Source of the DNA: Candidatus Nanoarchaeia archaeon
GTDB lineage: Archaea > Nanobdellota > Nanobdellia > Woesearchaeales > JANQNC01
Direction of reading: 5' to 3'
NCBI GenBank assembly: GCA_028279745.1
Contig: JANQNC010000001.1
Span: 750,001 to 782,000 of the forward strand
Length of the DNA: 32,000 bases
Within the stretch, counting starts at the first letter, position 1, and every line of letters begins with the position of its first letter. The translations under genes were made by a program, and so were the position numbers. Shown piece by piece: positions 8,155 through 16,949 of the stretch. Below the pieces are notes generated by a model. It was not told where the DNA came from. It was given only the letters and a program-made list of their open reading frames with translations, and did not search any database.

Positions 8155-9185
8155 AAGAAATCACCCAACCCTTTCTGCTGTTTAGCTTTTTGATTCTTAG
8201 TAAGTTTATTTAATGTTGTCTCTACCCTAGAAACTCCAAAATCATGCTCATCGCAAAGAATCTCTTTAACTTTTTCTGCATCGACAGGACCCCAATTAAG
8301 ATCATAATCATCAGTAGAAGGTGAATTCTCAAATAAATCATAAGCTTTCTTCCAAGGGAAATCAAAATAATCTTCCCACTTCACTTCCTCAAATAAAGTG
8401 TCAAAGTCATCACCATGTTTTTTTACTAATTTGATTGCATTTTTAGGCCCAATACCTTTAATTCCACCAATATTATAATCTGTACCGACCAATAAACCTA
8501 AAGCTATCAACTGCTTTCTGTCTATCCCCAAATTATTTAGAACTTTGTCCAATTTAATAAGTTCTGGTTTAACAATATCATAACTAAAACGACCAGCTTT
8601 TTTTCTTTTACCAGTAATTGAAAGATTTCTTATCAAAGTAGGAGTTCCAAATAATAAACAATCACTGTCTTGAGATCCTAATGCATAAACTTTGTTTTGC
8701 TTAACCATGTGTGCTGCTTGAGCTTCTCCCTCCCCAGGTGCTTGAATCACAGGGATCCCTAAAGCAGATAATAGTTGTTTAGCTTCATCAACCATTTCTT
8801 TCGTTAATCTTGAAGTTCTACCCGCATATTTCTTCATAGCTTCAATATCTTCCTTTTCAACAGCAATCTTGTGCTTAACTTCAGCTTCTCTCTTCAAAGC
8901 AGCTCTTCTTTCTCTCTCCTTTTTCTTTAAATCGGGAGTTTTACCATCAAAAACAAAAGCAAGCTTAATATTTTTCTGCATAAGATTTGTGGTTCTAGCA
9001 AAAAGGCCAGTTAGATGTGAAGTTACTCTTCCTTGTGAGTCTGTTAATAAAGAGCCATCTCTCTGCCTGATGGTTGTAATAAACTGATAAAGCATGTTAA
9101 AAGCGTCAACAGAAATCTTCTTATCACTTAGAGACTCCAACGTAATCTCATCTCTAACCAATAAATCAGTTATTTGAACACCCAT
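8151..9185 (-). CDS. fen1: Flap endonuclease 1
   Basis: N-terminal MGVQITDLL, an XPG-N/I-type acidic cluster (FVFDG, GEGEAQ, SQDSDCLLFG), H3TH GTDYN.GGIKGIGPK, and a C-terminal PIP box QKGLGDFF. Confidence 0.93.
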   Translation of the reverse strand: MGVQITDLLVRDEITLESLSDKKISVDAFNMLYQFITTIRQRDGSLLTDSQGRVTSHLTGLFARTTNLMQKNIKLAFVFDGKTPDLKKKERERRAALKREAEVKHKIAVEKEDIEAMKKYAGRTSRLTKEMVDEAKQLLSALGIPVIQAPGEGEAQAAHMVKQNKVYALGSQDSDCLLFGTPTLIRNLSITGKRKKAGRFSYDIVKPELIKLDKVLNNLGIDRKQLIALGLLVGTDYNIGGIKGIGPKNAIKLVKKHGDDFDTLFEEVKWEDYFDFPWKKAYDLFENSPSTDDYDLNWGPVDAEKVKEILCDEHDFGVSRVETTLNKLTKNQKAKQQKGLGDFF

Positions 9186-9217
9186 AGTAATACTTAATAA
9201 GGTCTTTATTTAAAAAT

Positions 9218-10333
9218 TTATACTTTCAAGAAGAAAACTTGGTTCTTAAAATCTTCATCAAGCATAACTTGTGCTTTCTTAGTCAAGTCGCCAGGACCAA
9301 CAAATAAAGTCTGTAATTGTTTGGATTGGCCTTTAACAAATGCACTGCTTAAATCACCGTCGCTGAATCTCTTCTTGTTTTTAGCTTTACAGAAGAAATC
9401 TGTTGTGCCAATAGCAGAAGGCACCGAGATAACACATTCAAATTCATTATTTGCCTTAATTATATCATACTCTATAACCGCAATGTCTTTTTCTTTAAAC
9501 TTATCAAATGCTGTTTTGAAGAATTCATCTTCTTCATCTTCAGGTTTTTTTATTTCAGGGGCTTCAGGTTCAAGTTCTGCTGTTTTTTGCATCTCGTGCT
9601 TAATCAACTCTTTAACTTTAGCCATTATGTCTGCATCAATGTTATCCAAACCTTTAGTTTTCTTAGCAACCTCTTTCTTTAGTCTTTTCTGAACGTCCTG
9701 TTTAGGTTCTGGCTGCTTTTCTTCAACTTTAGGTTCTTCTTTCTTAACCTCTTTTTTCTCCTCTTTAACTTCAACCTTTGGTGTTTCTTTCTTCACATCT
9801 TTCTTTTCTTCTTTAACTTCAACTTTAGGTTCTTCTCTCTTTACTTCTTGTTTTCTCTCAACTTTCTCTATTTTCTTTATTTGAGGTTTGTCTTCCTTCT
9901 TAGATAACAGATCAGAAATAATCTCTCTAACGTCACTATCTGAAGTCAAGAAAAATTTCCAGAACAACTCCTTATTGCCGTTAACAGTAACATTCAAAGG
10001 CATAGCAAAATCTCTTAATGTCTTAATAACAACCTTATCAGAAGCGCCAAGATGAGCGTCCCTTAAAACTTTTTTCTTCTTGAGCTGATCAAAAATCTGC
10101 TTCTCTTTATCAGTTAGGTAGCTAGTTAAATCTAATAATTGTTCTTCCTGACCTGGAAGATAGTAAAAAGGGCTTCCCCCTTTCTTAACATGTGTAATCT
10201 TAAGCTTTTTTGCATCTACTAACTGTGATAGATGCGCTCCAGCAAACAAAGTATCTAAGCCTGTCGGCTTGGTTATATCAGAGGGTAAAACAGGTCCCTT
10301 ATTCTTTACAATCTGCATAATCTTTTCAATCAT
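9218..10333 (-). CDS. Hypothetical protein: N-terminal winged-helix-like region, Lys/Glu-rich 16-aa repeats, conserved-looking C-terminal domain
   Basis: Long ORF in the same direction as endA and fen1, with short gaps (46 nt and 32 nt). No family recognised. See findings. Confidence 0.7.
   Translation of the reverse strand: MIEKIMQIVKNKGPVLPSDITKPTGLDTLFAGAHLSQLVDAKKLKITHVKKGGSPFYYLPGQEEQLLDLTSYLTDKEKQIFDQLKKKKVLRDAHLGASDKVVIKTLRDFAMPLNVTVNGNKELFWKFFLTSDSDVREIISDLLSKKEDKPQIKKIEKVERKQEVKREEPKVEVKEEKKDVKKETPKVEVKEEKKEVKKEEPKVEEKQPEPKQDVQKRLKKEVAKKTKGLDNIDADIMAKVKELIKHEMQKTAELEPEAPEIKKPEDEEDEFFKTAFDKFKEKDIAVIEYDIIKANNEFECVISVPSAIGTTDFFCKAKNKKRFSDGDLSSAFVKGQSKQLQTLFVGPGDLTKKAQVMLDEDFKNQVFFLKV
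9716..9835 (-). repeat. In-frame 48-nt tandem repeat (about 2.5 copies) encoding EEPKVEVKEEKKDVKK / ETPKVEVKEEKKEVKK / EEPKVEEK
   Basis: On the plus strand, CTTCAAC(T/C)TT... recurs at about 9721, 9769 and 9817 (48-nt period). A 16-aa periodicity is visible in the translation. Confidence 0.75.
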
Positions 10334-10379
10334 AATAGAAATCTTGGAAGGGTAGTATAAAAAACTTTTTATCTAGCTT

Positions 10380-10913
10380 TTAAGGCCTCATCCATCTAAT
10401 CTCATAGTAAGTTACAGAATTTTCCTCGTCAACAATACCTATCAATAAACGCTTCTTAGTTGAGTGTGCAACCCTATTTTTAGCAGCGAATTCGTACCAA
10501 GTAAGACCTGACGTTTCCTGAACAGGGTATACAATCCACCTAGCGTGATCTTCCCCGGGCTTAACACCCCTGTCATACACCCTAAAATCCGCACCAAATT
10601 TAAGTGCAGTCTTAACAATATAACCTCTATCCCTTAAATCTGCAAAAACACAATATCTCGTCCAAAAGTTTGGTTCTTGCTTTTGAGCTTTCTTCAGAAA
10701 TTTTTCTTCCTCAATAGGTTTGTTCCTGCCATCAAACAGTTCAATCTTTTTTTTCTTTAATAGGAAAAGGACTTCGATAAGTGAAAGCTGCACCTTATTG
10801 TCTTCCGTAGTTGCACCAAATCTAGATTGATTATACAACTCTCTAGCCAAATCAGATTCCTCTGTTATTGCTCTGTCTTTTGAAAAAGTTACTTTCACTT
10901 TTTGTTTCTTCAT
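10380..10913 (-). CDS. endA: tRNA-splicing endonuclease
   Basis: LSLIEVLFL (N-domain), YCVFADLRDRGYIVKTALKFGADFRVYDRG, and HARWIVYPV with the catalytic Tyr/His, plus a later HSTKKRLLIG Lys. The 177-aa size fits the short (alpha4 or catalytic-subunit) form. Confidence 0.88.
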   Translation of the reverse strand: MKKQKVKVTFSKDRAITEESDLARELYNQSRFGATTEDNKVQLSLIEVLFLLKKKKIELFDGRNKPIEEEKFLKKAQKQEPNFWTRYCVFADLRDRGYIVKTALKFGADFRVYDRGVKPGEDHARWIVYPVQETSGLTWYEFAAKNRVAHSTKKRLLIGIVDEENSVTYYEIRWMRP

Positions 10914-10989
10914 AATATTTTGAGGGTGAGGGATTGTTTAAAAAGGTTAATTATTTTCCATATAGAAAGAAATTCAGTTGGGAAAGCAT

Positions 10990-10998
10990 TTATAAAAA
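10990..10998 (+). promoter_or_regulatory. TATA box for rnz (leaderless spacing)
   Basis: TTATAAAAA is centred about 25 nt upstream of ATG 11019. Confidence 0.45.
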
Positions 10999-11018
10999 AA
11001 GTTCAATTTGTAAAAAAT

Positions 11019-11912
11019 ATGGAAATTACAATATTAGGAACATCTTCAATGATACCAACTAAAGATAGGAATCACACTTCAATATTTTTATCGCATAAAG
11101 GAGAAGGTATCTTGATGGATTGTGGAGAAGGAACACAAAGACAGATGAAACTAGCAGGGATAAGACCCTCAAAAATAAAGAAAATTTTGATAAGCCATTG
11201 GCATGGAGATCACACCTTAGGATTGCCAGGGTTATTACAAACAATGGCAGGAACAGCATACGAAGGAACTGTAAAAATATTTGGGCCTTCTGGTACTAAA
11301 GAACATTTTGAACATATGATGAAAGCATTCCCAGGAGATTTAAGAACATTAACATACGAAATAAAAGAAGTTGAAGATGGAAAAATATATGACGGAAGCG
11401 ACATAATCATCAAGTCTTACAAACTAGATCACAACATACCTTGTGTTGGTTATAGAATTGAAGAAAAAGATAGAAGAAGAATAAATGTAAATTATGTAAA
11501 AAAAATAGGTATTGGTGAAGGACCTTTAATGGGAAAATTACAAAAAGGAGAAAACGTTAAATTCAAAGGGAAAGAAATTAAGGCTAATGATGCAACTTAT
11601 ATCGTCAAAGGAAAAATTGTTGGATACATAGCAGACACAAACTTATGTGCTAATATGAGTAAGATAGCAAAAGACTGTGATGTTTTGATCTCTGAATCCA
11701 CTTATGAAGAAAAAGAAAAAGAAAAAGCACTTGAATACGATCATCTAACTTCTGTTAATGGTGCAGAAATTGCATCAAATAACAATGTCAAAAAATTAGT
11801 TTTGATACATTTTAGTCAAAGGTACAAAACAGTAGACAAGATTGAAGAAGAAGCAAGAACAATATTTCCAGAAACTGTGTGTGGGTATGACTTTATGAAA
11901 ATAAAGGTGTGA
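11019..11912 (+). CDS. rnz: Ribonuclease Z (tRNA 3' endonuclease), metallo-beta-lactamase fold
   Basis: MEITILGTSSMIPTKDRNHTS, DCGEGTQ, HWHGDH (HxHxDH) and C-terminal LIHFSQRY. Start moved from the track TTG 10902, which would overlap endA, to ATG 11019. Confidence 0.9.
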   Translation: MEITILGTSSMIPTKDRNHTSIFLSHKGEGILMDCGEGTQRQMKLAGIRPSKIKKILISHWHGDHTLGLPGLLQTMAGTAYEGTVKIFGPSGTKEHFEHMMKAFPGDLRTLTYEIKEVEDGKIYDGSDIIIKSYKLDHNIPCVGYRIEEKDRRRINVNYVKKIGIGEGPLMGKLQKGENVKFKGKEIKANDATYIVKGKIVGYIADTNLCANMSKIAKDCDVLISESTYEEKEKEKALEYDHLTSVNGAEIASNNNVKKLVLIHFSQRYKTVDKIEEEARTIFPETVCGYDFMKIKV

Positions 11913-11913
11913 G

Positions 11914-12300
11914 ATGAGAGCAAAATCGAAAGGAAGTAATGCAGAAAGAGAATTAATACACTTACTTTGGGAAAGAGGGTTTGCAGCAATTAGAATAGCT
12001 GGAAGTGGAAGCATAAAATATCCCGTACCTGATGTTTTAGCTTCAAATGGCATTAAAACAATTGCTGTTGAATGCAAGGCTTCAGGAGATTCATATAAAT
12101 ATCTAGAAAAAAGAGAAGTTCATGAATTAGTTGAGTTTTCAGAAAGGTTTGGAGCCGAACCTTTGATAGGAATTAAATTTAACAATGTGGCTTGGAGATT
12201 TTTTAAACCATCAGAGATGAAAGAAACGGGGAAAAATTACATGATAAAAAAAGAAGAAGCCAAAGAAAAAGGAAGAGATATAGATCAGATAATTCTTTAG
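11914..12300 (+). CDS. hjc: Holliday junction resolvase Hjc
   Basis: KGSNAERELIHLLWERGFAAIRIAGSGS, PDVLASNG, IAVECK and EFSERFGAEPLIGIKFNNVAWRF closely follow the Hjc pattern (E..D..ExK nuclease core). AGGTG lies upstream of the ATG, 1 nt after the rnz stop. Confidence 0.87.
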   Translation: MRAKSKGSNAERELIHLLWERGFAAIRIAGSGSIKYPVPDVLASNGIKTIAVECKASGDSYKYLEKREVHELVEFSERFGAEPLIGIKFNNVAWRFFKPSEMKETGKNYMIKKEEAKEKGRDIDQIIL

Positions 12301-12568
12301 AAATACGGCCTGAAATGGCTAAATTTTGGTTTAAATATATTGTTTAAAATATATATTATACAATTATTTTCTATATAGAAAAAAATGTTTTTTAGCGCTT
12401 TTTAATGGTAGAATATCAAGTGTACACGACTTAAGAGTAAAGAATTCAGTTTATAGACGGTAAAAAAGTAAAAATTTATAAAGCTAAAAAACGGGTATAA
12501 CTATCACTGGATTGGGAGAAAAAACAGTGAAAACAAGTAAAAGATAGATGATGGAATGTGATGGATAA

Positions 12569-13081
12569 ATGAAACTATCCAATAAACTAATAGATGAAGT
12601 AATAACAGAAACTGCAGGAGAAGACGTAATCAAACTAGTTCACAAACTAAAAAACAAAAAGAATTTCTCAGAATTTAAACTTGCAGAAGCAATAGAACAA
12701 GAGATAAACCAGACAAGAAATCAATTGTATAGGTTGCTTCGTTTCAACTTAGTTTCTTTTAATAGAAAAAAAGACAAGAAGAAAGGATGGTATATCTACT
12801 ATTGGACATTCAACTTGAAGAGAATTAAATATCTATACAAACAAGTTAGAGTACAAAAGATAGAAAGACTAAAAGACAGACTAGAAAGAGAGAACAGTGA
12901 GACTTTTTTCAAATGTACAGACGGGTGTATGAGACTTAATTTTGATCAAGCTAGTGAATTTGAGTATAAATGCCCAGAATGCGGTGATTTGATAGAACAA
13001 GAAGATAACGAGAAAAAGAAAAAAGAGATAGAAAAAGAGATCAAAAAGTTAGAAAAAGAAGTTAAAGCATTAAAATTCTAA
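12569..13081 (+). CDS. tfe: Transcription factor E (TFE alpha, TFIIE-alpha homologue)
   Basis: N-terminal winged helix (DVIKLVHKL...FKLAEAIEQEINQTRNQLYRL...GWYIYYWTFN) followed by a Zn ribbon (FKCTDGC...YKCPECG) and a K/E-rich tail. Confidence 0.8.
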   Translation: MKLSNKLIDEVITETAGEDVIKLVHKLKNKKNFSEFKLAEAIEQEINQTRNQLYRLLRFNLVSFNRKKDKKKGWYIYYWTFNLKRIKYLYKQVRVQKIERLKDRLERENSETFFKCTDGCMRLNFDQASEFEYKCPECGDLIEQEDNEKKKKEIEKEIKKLEKEVKALKF

Positions 13082-13220
13082 TTTAATTGTTTATTTTTAC
13101 GAAAAGAAGTTCTAAATCTTAATTAAACTTGAAAACAATATAATTCTAGAGGGAAAAAATAGGCCTTGAAGTCCTCATAAAAACTAAACAAAAGAAAAAC
13201 TTTTGTTGGAGGAAAAGAAA

Positions 13221-13475
13221 ATGGAAGGAAACAAACCAGAAAAAAAATTTACAACAGGACTAATAGAAGCAACAGTATGGAAAAACAATATAACAAATAA
13301 AGAAGGACAAGAAAGACAGTTTAGAAGTATAAGCTTCACAAAAAACTACAAAGATCCAAATGATGAATGGAAAACAACCAGTAATTTGAATATAACAGAT
13401 ATTCCAAAAGCAATGGTTGTATTAAGTAAAGCTTATGAATATCTAATTCTAAAAGGAGAAGAAGTTGAAGCTTAG
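13221..13475 (+). CDS. Small conserved-looking protein, possible PC4/YdbC-like ssDNA-binding fold
   Basis: GGAGG at 13208-13212 lies 8 nt before ATG 13221. Three to four predicted beta strands (LIEATVWKN, RQFRSISFTKNY, EWKTTSNLNI) are followed by one helix (DIPKAMVVLSKAYEYL), as in PC4-like domains. The functional call is weak. Confidence 0.5.
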   Translation: MEGNKPEKKFTTGLIEATVWKNNITNKEGQERQFRSISFTKNYKDPNDEWKTTSNLNITDIPKAMVVLSKAYEYLILKGEEVEA

Positions 13476-13552
13476 ATCTTTTTCTTTTATTTTTTAGTTT
13501 TTCAATATAATCTATATTATAATCTAGATTGATTAAATCATTAGAAATGTGC

Positions 13553-13574
13553 TACCCCTATATTGCATATGGAA
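13553..13574 (-). promoter_or_regulatory. Origin recognition box (ORB)-like element, inverted orientation
   Basis: Minus-strand read is TTCCATATGCAATATAGGGGTA: a TTCCA..dyad followed by a GGGGT G-string. It matches the 14088-14109 box at 16 of 22 positions. Confidence 0.7.
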
Positions 13575-14087
13575 AATGTTATTTGAGAATTGAGGTTTGG
13601 TTGTTGTTTTTTGTATATCTATAAAATATATTTTATATTATATATTTTATAAAATTTATTAATTTTTGATTTTTAGTTTTAGTTTTTAACTTTTATTTTC
13701 TATATTGAAAATAATTGATATATGATATAATAAATAATATAAAAATAATAATATAATAATAATAAATAATAAAAAGAATAATAAATAAAAAAATAATAAA
13801 AAAAATAATAAAATAGAATTTAAAATTTAATTTTTATAGACGATAAAATTAATAAATAATATAAGTAAAATATGTTAAATTGATTTTTATAGTTTTAAAA
13901 TAAATTAAAATTATATATGAAAAAAAGTTAATAAATAGTATAAATAAAATTAATAAAGAATATAAATAAAAAATTGATCATGTATTTTCTAGACTTTATG
14001 TTAAATTCTATAAAATGATATAAATTAGATCTTTATTGATTATTAAATTAAATGAAAATTGATGGTTCCAAAAATTTTTAAAGAAAG

Positions 14088-14109
14088 TTCCATAGGAAAT
14101 GATGGGGTG
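14088..14109 (+). promoter_or_regulatory. Origin recognition box (ORB)-like element
   Basis: TTCCATAGGAAATGATGGGGTG has the dyad TTCCATAGGAA plus a GGGGT string. A half-site GGTTCCA lies at 14064-14070. Confidence 0.7.
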
Positions 14110-14150
14110 GGTGTGAAGCACTAAAAGATAAAGTTTAAATATACCTTCAT

Positions 14151-14171
14151 TTCAATTGGAAATAGGGGGTA
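14151..14171 (+). promoter_or_regulatory. ORB-like element overlapping the orc1/cdc6 ribosome-binding site
   Basis: TTCAATTGGAAATAGGGGGTA has the same architecture as the other boxes. Its GGGGGT lies 8 nt before ATG 14179, so it may equally be, or double as, the Shine-Dalgarno sequence. Confidence 0.5.
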
Positions 14172-14178
14172 GGTTTAG

Positions 14179-15390
14179 ATGAAAACAAAAGAAGAGTTAG
14201 TTAATTTTTTCGAGGATTTTCTACAAAAAAAATCTTTATTCAAAAATAAAAAGAATTTACAAGCAAATCACACACCAGAAGAATTACAGCATAGAGATGA
14301 GCAAGTAAATCAAATAGCAGGAATAATGGCATCATCACTAAGATTAGAAAAACCATCAAACTTATTTGTATATGGAAAGACAGGAACAGGAAAAACAGTA
14401 ACAATCAAATATACAACAAATAAAATAAAAGAAGTAGCGGAAAAAAAAGATATACCCCTAAAAATAGTATATGTAAACTGTAAGCTAAAAAAGGTAGCAG
14501 ACACAGAATATAGATTAGTAGCACAACTTCTAAAAGAATTTGGCAGAGAAGTACCAATAACAGGATTACCAACAGACGAAATATACAAAATGTTCTATGA
14601 ACTAGTAGATCAAAAAGAACAACTAATAATATTAGTACTAGATGAAATAGACGAACTAGTAAAAAGAATAGGAGATGAAATATTATACAATTTTACAAGA
14701 ATAAATTCAGAACTACAAAAAACACAGATAAGTATGATAGGAATATCAAATAATCTAACCTTCATAAATGATGTAGATCCAAGAATAAAAAGCTCATTAT
14801 CAGAAGAAGAAATAATATTCCCACCATATAATGCAGTACAAATACAAGATATTCTGAAAAACAGATGTAAAGAAGCATTCAAACCAAATACATTAGAACA
14901 AGGATTAATAGAAAAATGCGCAGCATATGCAGCAAGAGATCATGGAGATGCAAGAAGAGCGCTTGAGCTATTAAGAGTGGCTGGAGAAGTAGCAGAAAGA
15001 AAAGGACAAGAACAAATAATGATACAACAGCTAGATGAAGCAGAAGAAAAAATAGAGAAAGATAGAGTAATAGATGGAATAAGAGCACAACCAAAACAAT
15101 TTCATCTAACACTATACTCAATATTGCACATAAATAAGAAAAAAGAGAACTTCATTTTCACAGGAGAAATATATGAATTGTATAAATCATTATGTGGACA
15201 GACTGGTTTAAGGCCATTAACACAAAGAAGAGTTTCTGATATCATAGCTGAATTAGATATGTTAGGAGTAATCAACGCTAAAACAATCTCAAAAGGCAGA
15301 TATGGAAGAACAAGAGAGATATCTATGATGTTACCACCACAAATGGTAGATAAAGTAGAAACAATAGTCAAGGAGACATTAGACCTGTAA
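14179..15390 (+). CDS. cdc6: Orc1/Cdc6 replication initiator
   Basis: AAA+ Walker A GKTGTGKT, Walker B LVLDEIDEL, sensor motifs, ARDHGDARRALELLR (typical Orc1/Cdc6 lid) and a C-terminal winged helix (LTQRRVSDIIAELDMLGVI...GRYGRTREI). Confidence 0.93.
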   Translation: MKTKEELVNFFEDFLQKKSLFKNKKNLQANHTPEELQHRDEQVNQIAGIMASSLRLEKPSNLFVYGKTGTGKTVTIKYTTNKIKEVAEKKDIPLKIVYVNCKLKKVADTEYRLVAQLLKEFGREVPITGLPTDEIYKMFYELVDQKEQLIILVLDEIDELVKRIGDEILYNFTRINSELQKTQISMIGISNNLTFINDVDPRIKSSLSEEEIIFPPYNAVQIQDILKNRCKEAFKPNTLEQGLIEKCAAYAARDHGDARRALELLRVAGEVAERKGQEQIMIQQLDEAEEKIEKDRVIDGIRAQPKQFHLTLYSILHINKKKENFIFTGEIYELYKSLCGQTGLRPLTQRRVSDIIAELDMLGVINAKTISKGRYGRTREISMMLPPQMVDKVETIVKETLDL

Positions 15391-15392
15391 AA

Positions 15393-16940
15393 ATGCAAGA
15401 ACAAGTAAATAAACAACAAATAGTGGAATATTTTTTAGGAAAAGAGATCTTAATAGAGGAAAAAACAATAGAAAAAATAGATGAAAATAATTTTGACACA
15501 ATAAAAAAATTTGTAGAAGCTAAAGAAGGGGAAGACACCTTATTCTTAGATGAAGAAATAAATCAAGTTATAGACACGCTAAAAGAAAATGAAACTAAAC
15601 CAAAAACACAAGGGAATGAAATAACACAAGAAGAAAATAAAGAAGAACAAAAAAAAGAAACAACTAAAGAAAAAATAGAAAGAGGAACAATAAAAATAAT
15701 AAAAAATTATGATAAGGAAGTGACAGAAAAGAAAACAGTACAACACTTTGTTGAAAGTTTCAAACAAAGATACAAAAAAATAGAAAAATTATTGAGAAAT
15801 AGACAAGAGTTAAGATCAATAACCTCAATAAATCGAATTCTACAAAGAAAAGAAAGAGACAGCGTATCATTAATAGGGATAGTAAGAGAAAAACAAGTAA
15901 CAAAAAATAATCATATAATATTAATCTTAGAAGATCTAACAGGAGAAATAAAAGTTTTAGCAACAACAAACAATGAAAAGACACACAAAGTAGCAAAAGA
16001 AGTATCTTTAGATGAAGTAATAGGAATAACAGGGATGAATGGGGAGGAAATAGTATTTGCATCAACAATAATAAGACCAGAAGTGACAATAACAAGAGAA
16101 TTCAAAAAAGCACCCAAAGAATCTTATGCCTTATTTATGGGAGATCTACACTTCGGATCAAAAGTATTTCTAAAAGAAAAATTTGAAAAATTCAAAAAAT
16201 GGCTAAAATGCGAAGCAGGGACTGAAGAACAGAAAAAAACAGTCAAAAAAATCAAGTACTTATTTTTAGTGGGTGATCTGATAGAAGGAGTGGGAATATA
16301 TCCAAGCCAGGAAGAAGATTTAGAGATAAAAGATGTTTATGATCAATATAAAGAGTTAGAAAAATTTGTAAAAGAAATTCCAGATCATATACACGTTGTA
16401 ATAATACCTGGAAATCACGATGCAGTAAGACTGTCAGAACCACAACCACCATTAGCAGAAGAGTATGTACCAAATTTGTACCAAATGGAAAATGTACATC
16501 TATTAAGCAATCCAAGCAGAGTAAATATAGATTATTCGGATGAGTTTCCAGGATTTGACATATTACTTTATCACGGATTTAGTTTTCCGTTCTATGCAGA
16601 CAGCGTAGAAAAAATAAGAGAAAAAGGTGGACAAAAAAGATCAGACCTAATAATGCAGTACTTAATGGAAGTAAGACATTTAGCACCATCACACACATCA
16701 AACCTTTACTCACCAGACAAAAAAGAAGACGCGATGGTGATAGATTCAGCACCAGACTTTTTTGTAACAGGACACATTCATAGAGTAAGTGCAGTAAATT
16801 ACAAAAACATGACACTGCTAAATTGTTCGTCTTGGCTAGAGGAAACAGAATATCAACAAAAAGTTGGACTAATCCCAGAACCAGCAAGAGCAATAATTGT
16901 AAATTTAAAAACAAGAGATGTTAAAATCATAAAATTTTGA
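15393..16940 (+). CDS. DNA polymerase D small subunit (DP1, 3'-5' exonuclease, calcineurin-like phosphoesterase)
   Basis: OB region followed by phosphoesterase motifs MGDLHFGS, LVGDLIEG, IPGNHD and VTGHIH. It starts 2 nt after the cdc6 stop. Confidence 0.92.
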   Translation: MQEQVNKQQIVEYFLGKEILIEEKTIEKIDENNFDTIKKFVEAKEGEDTLFLDEEINQVIDTLKENETKPKTQGNEITQEENKEEQKKETTKEKIERGTIKIIKNYDKEVTEKKTVQHFVESFKQRYKKIEKLLRNRQELRSITSINRILQRKERDSVSLIGIVREKQVTKNNHIILILEDLTGEIKVLATTNNEKTHKVAKEVSLDEVIGITGMNGEEIVFASTIIRPEVTITREFKKAPKESYALFMGDLHFGSKVFLKEKFEKFKKWLKCEAGTEEQKKTVKKIKYLFLVGDLIEGVGIYPSQEEDLEIKDVYDQYKELEKFVKEIPDHIHVVIIPGNHDAVRLSEPQPPLAEEYVPNLYQMENVHLLSNPSRVNIDYSDEFPGFDILLYHGFSFPFYADSVEKIREKGGQKRSDLIMQYLMEVRHLAPSHTSNLYSPDKKEDAMVIDSAPDFFVTGHIHRVSAVNYKNMTLLNCSSWLEETEYQQKVGLIPEPARAIIVNLKTRDVKIIKF

Positions 16941-16949
16941 GATAAAAGA

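Larger units (their letters stand above)
13476..14178. other. oriC: Putative chromosomal replication origin (oriC): AT-rich unwinding region flanked by inverted ORB boxes
   Basis: A 703-bp non-coding gap lies directly upstream of orc1/cdc6. The 13621-14040 stretch is almost devoid of G/C. Composition switches from T-rich to A-rich on the + strand near 13700-13710. ORB-like boxes lie at both ends (next features). Confidence 0.8.

Noticed and set aside
12301-12568. 268-nt gap upstream of tfe as a hidden RNA gene or small ORF
   Set aside because: It is AT-rich with no stable helices visible and only ORFs of 10 codons or fewer. It is more simply explained as a promoter (TTTATAAAGC at about 12475) plus a 5' leader.
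13720-13840. AAT/AATAA-rich periodic tract as a CRISPR array, satellite or mobile-element end
   Set aside because: There are no repeat-spacer units of constant length and no conserved repeat with dyad symmetry. It is simple low-complexity A+T sequence inside the origin unwinding region.
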